Shown here in pieces: positions 1-12,362 of a DNA stretch of 64,000 nucleotides. Source of the DNA: a bacterium (GTDB lineage Bacteria; UBA8248); the NCBI GenBank assembly GCA_965200245.1, contig CBDATS010000004.1, forward strand, positions 128,001-192,000, written 5' to 3'. Position numbers and translations under genes: made by a program. The notes beneath the pieces are model-generated. The model did not search any database. It was given only the letters and a program-made list of their open reading frames with translations, and was not told the origin of the DNA. The stretch's first letter is position 1. Each line of letters begins with the position of its first letter.

Positions 1-257
1 GCGTGGGTCCCGTCTACCGGACGGGCAGCAAGGCGGATGCGAGGGAACCAATCGGACCGGAGGGATTCCGGCGAATCGTCACGCACGCCCCCGGGGTGCC
101 CGCCGTCGCCATCGGGGGCATCGGCGCCGGGAACGTGGAATCCGTCATGGAGGCCGGCGCGGCGGGTGTCGCCGTGATCGGGGCGGTGATGGGAGCGCCC
201 GACCCGGAGGCCGCGGCCAGGGAGCTGCGCAGGCGCATCGGGAGGGCGGGGAAATGA
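1..257 (+). CDS. thiE: Thiamine-phosphate synthase, C-terminal part (truncated by window start)
   Basis: GPVYRTGSK and PAVAIGGI...GAAGVAVIGAV motifs of ThiE; overlaps the thiL start. Confidence 0.9.
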   Translation, partial: VGPVYRTGSKADAREPIGPEGFRRIVTHAPGVPAVAIGGIGAGNVESVMEAGAAGVAVIGAVMGAPDPEAAARELRRRIGRAGK

Positions 258-1294
258 GAGGCGGATCGGCGAGGGGATTCGGCGAGTTCGCCCTCATAGA
301 ACGCCTGCGGGAAAAACTCGGCCCGGTCGGGAATGACGCGGACGTCATCGTCGGGAACGGGGACGATGCGGCTGTCATCAGGGCGGCGGACGGGAAATGC
401 TGGGTGGTGACGTGCGACGCGCAGGTGGGCGGCGTTCATTTCCCGCTCGCGGGGGACGTGTCGGGTTTCTCGGTCGGCTACAGGTCGCTGGCCGTGAACG
501 TGAGCGATGTGGCGGCCATGGGGGCGAGGCCGCGCTTCGCCCTGATCTCGCTGGGGATTCCCGGGGAGACGTCCGTTTCGTTTCTCGACGATGTGTATGG
601 CGGGGTTCGCGCGCTGTCGGAGCGATACGACATCCTGGTTCTGGGCGGAAACGTCACGCGAACGGGCGGACCCTTGTTTGTCGACGTGTTCCTCGTGGGC
701 GAAATGATGGAGGGGAAGGTTCTGCGCCGAAGCGGTGCCCGTGCGGGTGACCGGGTTCTGGTGACAGGAACCCTGGGCGATGCCGCCGCGGGACTTCATG
801 TGTCGTCACATCTGCCGTTCCATGTCCGCGAAGGGTCGGGCGCTTCGCTCGTGAGCGCACAGTTCGAACCGCAGCCCCGTGTGGCCGAGGGAACTGTCAT
901 CGCGGAATCGGGGCTGGCGACGGCGATGATGGACATCAGTGATGGCCTGGCCGGCGACATCCGTCATCTGTGCGAAGCAAGCGGGACGGGCGTGCTCCTG
1001 TGGGAATCCAGACTGCCCGTCTCCGCCGCCCTGCGGAAGGCGGCGTCGCTCGCCGCCAGAACCCCCGCCGAATGGGCGTTGCACGGCGGAGAGGACTACG
1101 AGCTTCTCGTAACGGCGCCCGCTGAATCCGTTGACGCGCTTCAGGAGGCCGTGGAACGGACGGGAGGTGTGCCGCTCACGGCAATCGGAGAGATTCTGCC
1201 GGCTTCCGAAGGGATTTCCCTCAGGCGCGCGGACGCTGTATTCGAGCTCAAAAGCCTCGCTTGGGAGCATTTCCCTTCTTCAAGGCGTTCGTAA
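254..1294 (+). CDS. thiL: Thiamine-monophosphate kinase
   Basis: GEFALIE, GDDAAV, AVNVSDVAAMG, MDISDGL, GGEDYELL motifs. Confidence 0.95.
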   Translation: MRGGSARGFGEFALIERLREKLGPVGNDADVIVGNGDDAAVIRAADGKCWVVTCDAQVGGVHFPLAGDVSGFSVGYRSLAVNVSDVAAMGARPRFALISLGIPGETSVSFLDDVYGGVRALSERYDILVLGGNVTRTGGPLFVDVFLVGEMMEGKVLRRSGARAGDRVLVTGTLGDAAAGLHVSSHLPFHVREGSGASLVSAQFEPQPRVAEGTVIAESGLATAMMDISDGLAGDIRHLCEASGTGVLLWESRLPVSAALRKAASLAARTPAEWALHGGEDYELLVTAPAESVDALQEAVERTGGVPLTAIGEILPASEGISLRRADAVFELKSLAWEHFPSSRRS

Positions 1295-1376
1295 CAAATG
1301 GGAATTATATCCAATAGTCACATTTTTTTGAACTTGACAAAAAGTGTGAATTAGAGGAGCAAAAGGAACAAAGGCA

Positions 1377-1746
1377 GTGTGTGTAATTCCCGACAAGGGC
1401 GATCTTCGCGCCTGGAAAATCCAGTATTACGACCGCAAGAACTTGCACCTGGAAACGCTTACGTTCGGTAAGTACAGGAAGTTTCCGGGCAGATTCTGGC
1501 AGTCGCACGAGATAACGGTCGTGAACCACCAGACGGGCAAGAGCACCGTGCTGCGCTGGAAGGCCTACAAGGTTCCGCACCAGTCTCAGGGAGAGCGAAT
1601 TCACGCGAACCGGCCTCAGACGGGTGCGCTGATGACCATGCGCGTCGCCTTGCGCTGCGCGCACGTTGCCTGCTCGACAGGGGCTGCGCTCTCCTTCGCG
1701 GGGGCAGGACAGCTTCGTCGCCCTGAACGTGACGTACAACTTCCAG
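1377..1746 (+). pseudogene. Remnant of an outer-membrane lipoprotein-sorting (LolA-like) gene 3' end plus collapsed remnant of its downstream partner gene
   Basis: KIQYYDRK...LTFGKY...W...VNHQTGKSTVLRW; a +1 shift gives FRTSLRESEFTRTGLRRVR* (stop 1630-1632); an overlapping ATG is followed shortly by a barrel-like ending QDSFVALNVTYNF. Confidence 0.6.
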
Positions 1747-1773
1747 CGATTTTCTGCCGCGATACTTCCGAAA

Positions 1774-4074
1774 TCACGACCTCGCCTTCAGGAGCGCCAT
1801 CGCGATCCTGTCCGGCGTCAACGGCAGATCATGGAACCGTACACCCGTGGCATCATAAATCGCGTTGGCGATTGCCGCCGCTGTGGGCACGGTCACCTGC
1901 TCCCCGACTCCCTTCGCCCCGTAAGGACCGTTCGAATAGTGATCCTCCACGATGAGGGACGCCACCCGGTCCGGCACGTCCTCCACCGTGGGAGCAAGAT
2001 AGCCGTGCATGTCGGGGTTCAGCATCCGGCCCTCGTGTTGAACGACTTCTTCCATCATGCAAAAACCGATGCCCATATACACGCCGCCCTCGATTTGCTG
2101 CTCCACGCCCATGGGGCTGATGGCCCGACCCACATCGTGAGCAGCCCAGACGCCAGTGACTTCCACCTCGCCTGTCTCCTCGTCCACGATCACCTCGGCC
2201 ACCTGACTACCGAATCCGTAGATTTCATAAGGCTCGCCCAGACCCGTCTCCTTGTCGGTCCTGGCGGGCGGCGGGATGCTGTCTGCAGCCCCGATGAGCT
2301 TGAGTTCATCGGCAACGAAGGCTGAGGCAATCTCGGCGAGGGTAACCTTCGTTTCCTCATGCGAACGCGAGCGAACCACGCCGCCGCGCAGTTCCAGATC
2401 TTGAGGATCCGCCTCCAGCAGAATTCCTCCCAGCCGCAGTAATTCCTCCCGCGCCTTGATGGAGGCGTTGTAGACCGCCTTACCACCCTGCATGGTGATG
2501 CGCGAACTCGAACTCGTGCCGCCGAAGGGGTCGATAGCGGTATCCACACTTTCCATCAGAAAATCGGAATAGGAAATGTCGAGCGTCTCGGCGGCGATTT
2601 GGCAAAGTACCGTCTTGCTGCCCTGACCGAAATCCACGACGCCCGCGGCCACTTGCACCTTGCCCTCCGCCGTAAGGAAGACGTGCGCCTCCGCCGGGGA
2701 GTAGGCGTTGCCCGTGCCGTAGAGACAACTCGCCACACCGCGCCCGCGCAAGCGGCCGTCTGCGGCTCTCCCGTTTCCCTCACCGCCCTGTCCCCAGGAA
2801 GAGGCCCTCTCTGCTTCACTCAACGTATCGAGAAAACCGACGCTCTCCGGCAGATGCTGGTTCCAGGCCGTCCGGGAGCCGACGCGCAGCCCGTTGATAC
2901 GCCTGATCTCGAAAGGATCCATCCTCAATGCCCTGGCGAGTTCGTCTATCTGCTGCTCACCCGCGAAGTGTACCTGGGGACACCCCGGGCCGCGCATCTG
3001 TCCCCCGTAGGGATGGTTCGTGTGCACACAGTGGACATCTACCTTCACATTGGGCGCCTGATAGGGGCCCGCGGCATGGTAGGTCGCACGCTTGAAGGCG
3101 GGCGGATTGTCTCCCCCGTTGGCCACGTACGCCCCCTTGTCGAGCCATATCTCCACATCGACGGCCACCAGGCGTCCGTCCTTCGTCGCCCCGGTTTTGG
3201 ATCGGATGAACGTGGCGTGGCGCTTCGTGGAGGCGATCATGCTTTCCTCGCGCGTATACACGAGCTTCACGGGCCTGCCGGCGGCGCGGGCGAGAACTGC
3301 TACGCGCAGGCACACGTCGAGACTCGCCTCGCTCTTTCCACCAAAAGCCCCGCCGGTGGTCGACTGGACGAAACGAACAGAACTCTCGCCACGCAATCCC
3401 AGTATCCGGGCAACATTTTGCCTCACCAGGAAGGGTTGCTGGGTCGAACCCCATATCTGGATTCCGCCGCCGGGGTTCGGACTCCCGCAGGCCGCCTCCA
3501 CTTCGAGATAAAGATGATCAACGGAGGGGGTCGAGTATTCGTTTTCGATAATGACATCGGCCTTCTCGAAACCCTCCTCGATGTTCCCCTTTCGGATCTT
3601 CGCCTGGTTGAGCACGTTCCCGCCGGGGAAGATGACTTCCGCGTCTTCGCTCATCGCCTTGCGCGGACAGGAGACGACGGGCAGGGGCCGGTATTCGACC
3701 TTTATCAGTCGTGTCGCCGCCTCGGCAGCTTCCAGTGTTTCCGCCGCGACGAGGGCGACCACCTCACCCATGTAGCGCACCCTGTCGTGGGCGATGACGG
3801 GCATGGCCCTGTCATGGGCAGTGATGCAGGGATGGTTCGGCAGGTCGTCTCCCGCGAGAACAACGACGACGCCGGGGACACGCAGCGCCTCGCTCTTGTC
3901 GACCGAAAGTATCTCGGCGTGCACATGTTCACTGCGAAGCGCCTTGCCCACCAGCATCCCCGGAAGCTGGAGATCGTCGAGATAATCCGCTGCGCCCGCC
4001 GCCTTTTCGGGGTCATCCAGAAAGGGCAGAGACTCGCCAATTACGGCGCCGCCCATGTCTTTGGCTTCCGCCAT
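1774..4074 (-). CDS. Xanthine dehydrogenase family molybdopterin-binding (large) subunit
   Basis: YLDDLQLPGML, GGAFGGK, MRGPG, DFGQG, AKGVGE (catalytic Glu), AIANAIYDATGVR. Confidence 0.93.
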   Translation of the reverse strand: MAEAKDMGGAVIGESLPFLDDPEKAAGAADYLDDLQLPGMLVGKALRSEHVHAEILSVDKSEALRVPGVVVVLAGDDLPNHPCITAHDRAMPVIAHDRVRYMGEVVALVAAETLEAAEAATRLIKVEYRPLPVVSCPRKAMSEDAEVIFPGGNVLNQAKIRKGNIEEGFEKADVIIENEYSTPSVDHLYLEVEAACGSPNPGGGIQIWGSTQQPFLVRQNVARILGLRGESSVRFVQSTTGGAFGGKSEASLDVCLRVAVLARAAGRPVKLVYTREESMIASTKRHATFIRSKTGATKDGRLVAVDVEIWLDKGAYVANGGDNPPAFKRATYHAAGPYQAPNVKVDVHCVHTNHPYGGQMRGPGCPQVHFAGEQQIDELARALRMDPFEIRRINGLRVGSRTAWNQHLPESVGFLDTLSEAERASSWGQGGEGNGRAADGRLRGRGVASCLYGTGNAYSPAEAHVFLTAEGKVQVAAGVVDFGQGSKTVLCQIAAETLDISYSDFLMESVDTAIDPFGGTSSSSRITMQGGKAVYNASIKAREELLRLGGILLEADPQDLELRGGVVRSRSHEETKVTLAEIASAFVADELKLIGAADSIPPPARTDKETGLGEPYEIYGFGSQVAEVIVDEETGEVEVTGVWAAHDVGRAISPMGVEQQIEGGVYMGIGFCMMEEVVQHEGRMLNPDMHGYLAPTVEDVPDRVASLIVEDHYSNGPYGAKGVGEQVTVPTAAAIANAIYDATGVRFHDLPLTPDRIAMALLKARS

Positions 4075-4658
4075 GGCATACTCCCAATGAAAAGAGAACC
4101 GAGAAAGTCGAGAGCCGTTGAATGCGTAGTCAATCTACATACTCGGGCGTCGTTTGTCCATGAAATCGAAAGAAAGCGCGACGGGCTTTCCCACTCTTCG
4201 CCATATCAGCGCCTGGCCTGTTCGCCTGGGCAGAAATGGTCCTCGATGATGATTATCGAGAAGAACGCACGATCCTTCTTTCCCTGGTTGCCCATTCCTC
4301 CCTCATCAGCCGGTGGACCCTCTCCCATCGGTCAGGTTCGACCACGCATTTGCCGTGCACATGAAATCCTGGAGATCGGTATGGTGAATGCCCGATGCAG
4401 CGTTCTCTTCGGTTCTGACAGCAGGCAGTTTCAGGAAGGAGTCAAGGGCGTGCTCACCATTTATCCAGCGTGAGGGGGAGTTCTCCGTTCAATGTAAAGC
4501 AGGAGAGGCGGGTTCGTTCGAAAATGATGAAGCACAATTTATTGCAATACAAATAGCTAAAATCTCAGCGCATTGTACCTGGATTTGTCGGAAACATTTT
4601 TTCGCCTGCCCTACCCTGTAATTTGCCTGAATAGATTGCATTTGCGTGACGACCTCAC

Positions 4659-5678
4659 TTATGGGAGTTCAGCCCTGAGCGGACGAGCCATGAGATCATG
4701 AACGGCGTCCCGGGGGTTGCGACCATCGAACAACACGGCGTGCACCTCGCGGCAAATGGGCATCTCCACGCCGAACCTATCCGCCAGTCCGACTGCCGCC
4801 GGCACCGTGGAAACGCCCTCGGCCACGGCCGTCATGGATTCGAGAATCTTCTGCAAGGGCTCGCCCCTGCCCAGCCGCACGCCCACCGTCTTGTTTCGGC
4901 TCAAATCCCCCGTGCATGTGAGCACCAGATCGCCCATGCCGGCCAGGCCCGCGAAAGTCTCCGCCCGGCCGCCCATCGCCACACCGAGTCGCGCAATTTC
5001 CGCGAGCCCGCGTACGATGAGTGCCGCCCGCGTGTTCAGGCCGAATTCCATGCCGTCGACGATGCCTGCCGCCAGGGCGATGACATTCTTGAGCGCCCCG
5101 CCGAGTTGGGTGCCGATGGGGTCGGCACCTGTGTAAATCCTGAAATGGGGGGCGGAGAGCGTCTCCTGAATCGCGTTCGCAGCCCCGGAATTACCCGAGG
5201 CAGCTACAATGACCGTGGGTTTTCCCTGCGCGAGTTCGCGCGCAAACGTCGGGCCAGAGAGACAGACGAGAGCGCGCTCGCCACCACCTGCTTCACTGAC
5301 ACATTCTGCAATAATGTGGCCGGGCAGGAGCAGGGTCTTTTCTTCTATGCCTTTCGTGGCGCTTGCGATGATCGTTTCCCCGTGAACCGAGGGCGCAAGC
5401 GTCTTCCACACCGCCCGGACAACGTGGCTCGGCATCACGCTCACGAGAACGTCCTGGCCTGCGGTGGCGGCTTCGGCCAGATTGGACGTGAAGCGCAGAT
5501 TTTCATGCAGCGCGATGCCCGGGAGGTATAGGTCGTTTTCATGGTGGGAAGACATGCGGGCGCAAAGGTCGGCCTCAAAAATCCAGAGCATCACCTCATG
5601 GCCGAATTGCGAGAAAGAATCCGCCAGGGCCGTCCCCCAGGCCCCGGCACCAATGACGGCGATTCGCTGAGGCGTCAT
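4659..5678 (-). CDS. gpsA: NAD(P)H-dependent glycerol-3-phosphate dehydrogenase
   Basis: GAGAWGTALA, TKGIE, LSGPTFA, GALKNVIA, GDLVLTC, SRN; start placed at MTPQRIAV. Confidence 0.95.
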   Translation of the reverse strand: MTPQRIAVIGAGAWGTALADSFSQFGHEVMLWIFEADLCARMSSHHENDLYLPGIALHENLRFTSNLAEAATAGQDVLVSVMPSHVVRAVWKTLAPSVHGETIIASATKGIEEKTLLLPGHIIAECVSEAGGGERALVCLSGPTFARELAQGKPTVIVAASGNSGAANAIQETLSAPHFRIYTGADPIGTQLGGALKNVIALAAGIVDGMEFGLNTRAALIVRGLAEIARLGVAMGGRAETFAGLAGMGDLVLTCTGDLSRNKTVGVRLGRGEPLQKILESMTAVAEGVSTVPAAVGLADRFGVEMPICREVHAVLFDGRNPRDAVHDLMARPLRAELP

Positions 5679-5694
5679 CTTCCCAGTCCGTGCG

Positions 5695-6246
5695 TCACTT
5701 CTTTCTTTTCCCCGCAGGCCTTGCGGCCGCTCTTTTTTCACTCAACGCGTCTTTTCTGGCCATATCGCCCTTTGCGACGGCTTTTTTGCCCGCGACAGAT
5801 CTCGCTTCCCACTTCAGTTTGTGCTTGAGATGCTTTTCCTCGTCCCAAACGTGCTGCGTGCCATCTCCCATGAAGACGACGAAAACCTCGCAGCCGTCGG
5901 GGTATTCATACGGGCCATGCGGCAAATCCCATCCGAAAACGTAATCGCCCGGTCTCAAATCCTTGCCCGCCACGCACATCCGGCCCCGGGTCACCAGAAT
6001 GGAATGCCAGCTCTTGTGCGTATGTTCCGGCTCCACATAGCCTTTCGGGAATTTCACCTTCATATCGATTCGCTTCATCACCGGATCATGCGCGAAAATC
6101 TTCACCTTCACCCCTTTGGGCAGGGTCAGCAGTTCGTTGCTTACATCTTCTTGCCATTCCACATCCTTGTCATGGATGGCACGAAAACGGTGGTCAAAAT
6201 CCTGTTCGGCGGTCATTTTCCTAGTTGTCCGTTTTTTGGCGTGCAT
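5695..6246 (-). CDS. Cupin-domain (ChrR-like) protein
   Basis: FPKGYVEPEHTH and PGDYVF...PHGP cupin motifs; start uncertain (6246 or 6216). Confidence 0.7.
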   Translation of the reverse strand: MHAKKRTTRKMTAEQDFDHRFRAIHDKDVEWQEDVSNELLTLPKGVKVKIFAHDPVMKRIDMKVKFPKGYVEPEHTHKSWHSILVTRGRMCVAGKDLRPGDYVFGWDLPHGPYEYPDGCEVFVVFMGDGTQHVWDEEKHLKHKLKWEARSVAGKKAVAKGDMARKDALSEKRAAARPAGKRKK

Positions 6247-6287
6247 GTCTTCTCCTGGAAAGATGCTGAAACGCAACGATGACGAAT

Positions 6288-6959
6288 TTATTCGTTCCGC
6301 GCGAAAATCCGTGAGGCAATATCACGACCCAACGTATGCCTGGTTCCGTTGACAAGTAAAGTCACGGTACCGGCAAGAGGCGATTGCTCAATGACCTCGA
6401 TGGGCATTTCGGGAAAAAAACCGAGCTTCCCCAGGTAGCGCAAAATATTTGGATCATCCTGCAATACACGGGTGATTTTCGTGGCCCGTCCCGCCTCGAT
6501 CGAGAGAAGACCGACTTCCTTCGTATCGATCATGGTTCCGTCTTTGGCGGGAATCGGGTCCCCGTGAGGATCCAGCGTGGGATAGCCGAGTTCCTTGTCC
6601 AGAACGGCTTCCAGTTCCTCGCTCAGGACATGTTCCAGTTCTTCCGCCTCGACGTCCACTTTATCCCAATCGATTCCCATCTTCTGGTTGAGATACAATT
6701 CCAGCAGTCGATGGTGCCGGATAATCTCCAGGGCTATCTTCTCCCCCTTGGGACTGAGAACCACTCCCTTGTAGGGTTTATACGTGAGCAAATCCAGGTG
6801 ATCGAGTTTCTTGACCATACCCGTTACCGACGCCGCCGAGAATTCCATGCACTCCGCAATGGCACTTGTGCTGACCGGAGACGTCTCTTGCTGAAGCTTG
6901 AAGATGTTTTTCAGGTAATCTTCAATCTGCTTGCTCAAACGTGGTGCGGAATCAGGCAA
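6288..6959 (-). CDS. DtxR/MntR-family metal-dependent repressor with FeoA/SH3 domain
   Basis: EDYLKNIF, SAASVTGMVKKL, RHHRLLE, EAEELEH, DPHGDPIP. Confidence 0.92.
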   Translation of the reverse strand: MPDSAPRLSKQIEDYLKNIFKLQQETSPVSTSAIAECMEFSAASVTGMVKKLDHLDLLTYKPYKGVVLSPKGEKIALEIIRHHRLLELYLNQKMGIDWDKVDVEAEELEHVLSEELEAVLDKELGYPTLDPHGDPIPAKDGTMIDTKEVGLLSIEAGRATKITRVLQDDPNILRYLGKLGFFPEMPIEVIEQSPLAGTVTLLVNGTRHTLGRDIASRIFARNE

Positions 6960-6992
6960 AAGATTCCCCCCGGTTCACAGAAAAAGATAACA

Positions 6993-7034
6993 AATTATCC
7001 TAGAATCGGTGTATTCAGGTGTCAACCGATAATT
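6993..7034 (-). promoter_or_regulatory. Putative sigma70 promoter of the DtxR-family gene inside nested inverted repeats (possible operator)
   Basis: Minus strand TTGACA-17nt-TAGGAT; inverted pairs AATTATC/GATAATT and ATCGGT/ACCGAT. Confidence 0.45.
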
Positions 7035-7080
7035 CATCAAGTCCGATCGCCAGGAAACCTGACGGGCAAACCCCGTTGCT

Positions 7081-8712
7081 TCACTCGTATACGAACGTGG
7101 CCGTGATGGGTTTGCGTTCCAGACCTGCCGGAAATGGCTCGAACGGTGCCGCCTTTGTGACGGCGGCTATCGCCAGATCATCGAGAATGCGTATGCCGGC
7201 AGACCTGATCAAGCGCACTTCCTCCAGGGTTCCGTCTTGTCTCAGCTTGAATCCCAACAACAGTTTACCCCTGTTATTCTGCGCCTCCGCAGGCCAGATC
7301 CAGGCGTTCTGGATTCTCCTCCTGATATGGGCGAAATACGAAGCATATTGAAAATCACGCGTATCAAGCGAGATTGTTTCGCCTTCTTCTTTATTCTGGT
7401 CTTTCTTCGCCAGACTTCTCTTCGCAATCCGGTCTGCCTCTTGATCCGAAAGGGCAAAATTGGGTGCATCGGACTTTCCCCTGGACCGGGGTTTCGCCCG
7501 AAACAGCGCCAAGGGGTCTTTGGGTTGAGGTTGCCCGGGAGTTGGACGCCTTGCCCGAACCGGTGGAGAAACCGGTTTCAACGCAGACAGTTCAACCTTC
7601 TCCCTTGTCTTTTTCCTCGCTTCAACTTTCCTGTTCTCGTTTCGACGCTTTTCCCTTGCGACCGGATTCATCGTTTTCTTCCTTGCTGCCTGCCTGGGCA
7701 CGGGCAACTTGTTTGAAATCGCCTTGTCTTCTATCCCTTTCATTTCCGGTATTGTGCCCGCCAGTCGCTTTTCCTTGCGCTGCACCTTTTCCTGGACAAC
7801 GGACAACGGGGTCTTGACCGAAGAACCTGGTGTCGCAGCAGGGTTCACGGTCTCTGCCGGCTTTGGCGTTTCCGCTGTCTCCGAAGTTTCAGGAGGGTCC
7901 ACATCTTTCGATTTTCTCGCCTTTTCGGGCCGAGGTTCTGGAATTACGACCGGCGGGGGCAAGGCAGCCATCTGGATCTTCTCTCTGTTTTTTTTCTTTG
8001 CCTCGATTCTTTCGTTCTCTGCCCGAGGCTTTTTCCTTGCTGTTTCCATTACTGTCTTTTCCCGAAACACGGGCCTGGTCTTGCCCTTCGGAATGGTCTT
8101 GGTCTCTGTTTTTTTCATTTCCGGCATTTTGTCTGCCGTCGGCCTTGCTTTTTTCTTTTCTTCAATCGTGGCCGACGGGGTCTTGACCGAAGGCCTCGGT
8201 TTCGTCGCAAGGTTCGCCGTCTCCTGAGGCCCGGGCGTTTCCGTTGTCCCCGAAATTTCAGGAGAGTGTACAGCCCTCGATTTCTCCGCCCTTTCAGGAT
8301 CGGGCTTTGGTTTTACGACGACTGGCGTTGCTGGCGGTCGGACCGGAGAGAGGGAAGGAACCGGAACCCTCGATTTCGGCGCAGGCGGTACAAACGCCCT
8401 CCCGGGGCTATCCCCACCCTTGCGGGATGGAATCAGGTCCCTGTCTTCTCGTTTCAGAACCGGAGTCTTGCCCGATTTGCCGGAACCACTTTCTTTTCGA
8501 TTGGCGTTCGACAAAAACCGGCTTTGCGGGTTCGGGGGAATTTTTTCCGCGGGCTTCTCGACGGATATGACCCGAAACTTGAGGGGACGACTTGTCCTGA
8601 CAGTCTTTTTCCAGATGTATTCATGACTTGATGCCGCGAACACGAACAGGTGCAGCAACAACGATATCAGAAAAAGCGTGAAAACAGGTTTTCTCGACTC
8701 ATGTCTCGCCAT
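7081..8712 (-). CDS. TonB/TolA-family energy transducer with long Pro/Lys-rich linker
   Basis: N-terminal TM with SLLLH (SxxxH) motif; C-terminal YFAHIRRRIQNAWIWP...DGTL...SAG..LDDLAIAAV..AAPF.PFP. Confidence 0.85.
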   Translation of the reverse strand: MARHESRKPVFTLFLISLLLHLFVFAASSHEYIWKKTVRTSRPLKFRVISVEKPAEKIPPNPQSRFLSNANRKESGSGKSGKTPVLKREDRDLIPSRKGGDSPGRAFVPPAPKSRVPVPSLSPVRPPATPVVVKPKPDPERAEKSRAVHSPEISGTTETPGPQETANLATKPRPSVKTPSATIEEKKKARPTADKMPEMKKTETKTIPKGKTRPVFREKTVMETARKKPRAENERIEAKKKNREKIQMAALPPPVVIPEPRPEKARKSKDVDPPETSETAETPKPAETVNPAATPGSSVKTPLSVVQEKVQRKEKRLAGTIPEMKGIEDKAISNKLPVPRQAARKKTMNPVAREKRRNENRKVEARKKTREKVELSALKPVSPPVRARRPTPGQPQPKDPLALFRAKPRSRGKSDAPNFALSDQEADRIAKRSLAKKDQNKEEGETISLDTRDFQYASYFAHIRRRIQNAWIWPAEAQNNRGKLLLGFKLRQDGTLEEVRLIRSAGIRILDDLAIAAVTKAAPFEPFPAGLERKPITATFVYE

Positions 8713-8859
8713 ACATCCCTCTTCGCCCAATCTTCATCATCGCTTCAATTCGTGCAGGAAGGCAAATCAATCAAAAGAAAGAGTCATTGCATATCCAATG
8801 CTTTCGCCCTGTGGAACGAGTCGTCTCGCTTCAATACTCCCGGAAGCAAATCTTCACAC

Positions 8860-8888
8860 AAAAAAAGGGGGCCCCGGAGGGCCCCCTT
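8860..8888 (-). terminator. Rho-independent terminator of groESL
   Basis: Minus strand AAGGGGGCCC-TCCG-GGGCCCCCTT followed by a T-run, about 20 bp after the groL stop. Confidence 0.88.
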
Positions 8889-8907
8889 CATGCATCAGGA
8901 AAAATAC

Positions 8908-10581
<1,674 letters not shown>

Positions 10582-10884
10582 CTAGTTGATGATCGCCAGC
10601 ACATCATCTTCGCGCATGATCAGATACTCTTCGCCCTCGGACTTCACCTCGGTGCCCGCATACTTGGCGAAAAGAACCTTGTCGCCTTCGCTCACCTCGG
10701 GCGCCTGTCTTTTCCCATCATCGGTCACCTTGCCGGGACCTACAGCGATCACTTCCCCCTCCTGGGGTTTCTCTTTCGCGGAATCAGGAATGATGATCCC
10801 GCCGATCTGCTCCTCTTCCACATCTAGGCGCTTCACCAAAATGCGGTCCTGAAGAGGCTGGACCCTGGTTTTTGTCTTTGCCAT
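10582..10884 (-). CDS. groS: Co-chaperonin GroES
   Basis: [32 protein letters not shown]. Confidence 0.98.
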   Translation of the reverse strand: MAKTKTRVQPLQDRILVKRLDVEEEQIGGIIIPDSAKEKPQEGEVIAVGPGKVTDDGKRQAPEVSEGDKVLFAKYAGTEVKSEGEEYLIMREDDVLAIIN

Positions 10885-11001
10885 CACTTCCTCCTGATGA
10901 ATATGAAATTGTTGCTACCTGAACTTGACACCTTGAGAAAAAGAGCCATTTTCCGGGAGAAAATCTGCCCGGATATGTGACCCCCTGATTACTGGCGCGT
11001 A

Positions 11002-11030
11002 TATATATGGAGGATGGAAATGTTTGTCAA
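11002..11030 (-). promoter_or_regulatory. Putative sigma70 promoter of groESL
   Basis: Minus strand TTGACA-17nt-TATATA. Confidence 0.6.
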
Positions 11031-11036
11031 GTGTCA

Positions 11037-11063
11037 TTAGCACTCAACTTCATTGGATGCTAA
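11037..11063. promoter_or_regulatory. CIRCE element (HrcA operator)
   Basis: TTAGCACTC-N9-GGATGCTAA versus consensus TTAGCACTC-N9-GAGTGCTAA, upstream of groES. Confidence 0.88.
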
Positions 11064-11294
11064 CAACAGGAAAAACCGATCCAAACCATTGATTCCATGT
11101 CGTTTATCTGCTCCAGGAAAATCAGGAAAGGTGCCAGGCGGGAGAAATTCCTGAAATTTTCGTAAAAATTCCTCACATTGTGCCATCGGGTGACGAACAC
11201 CGCGCCATAAGCTATCTTCCCCGGAATTCATGACATCCGTGTTTCTCCTCTTCAGAAGAAGCACGAATTCGCTACACGAAAGGAGTTCGCCGAG

Positions 11295-12071
<777 letters not shown>

Positions 12072-12362
12072 GCGGAATCCCTTATTTGTATCGAATATCC
12101 TGTGACGGGACACGAGAAAAAGGGTGACGCGGGCCTCCCGGTTTCGCTGTCGATTCTGGCACGTACGATCTTGTCTGTCGGCAGGTGGCGTCCTCCAATT
12201 GCGCGGCCTCATTGCAGCCAGAATACCTTGTACCCTTGTCGAGGCTGATTCCGGGTGGTTTGAGTCTGAAACCCTCCCCTCCATTTGGCATCGGCACAGA
12301 ACCTTGGTCTAATGGGTGCGGTATTTGACTCGTGGAGCGCTTCATCCGAAGGAGTGAAACAC

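Noticed and set aside
4090-4470. Short minus-strand ORFs upstream of the XDH gene (e.g. MGNQGKKDRAFFSII...)
   Set aside because: Possibly gene debris, but no recognisable family; not called.
2599-4473. 624-aa ORF antisense to the XDH subunit (likewise 32678-34108, 43999-45471, 59228-60808)
   Set aside because: Opposite-strand shadows of well-supported genes in GC-rich DNA.
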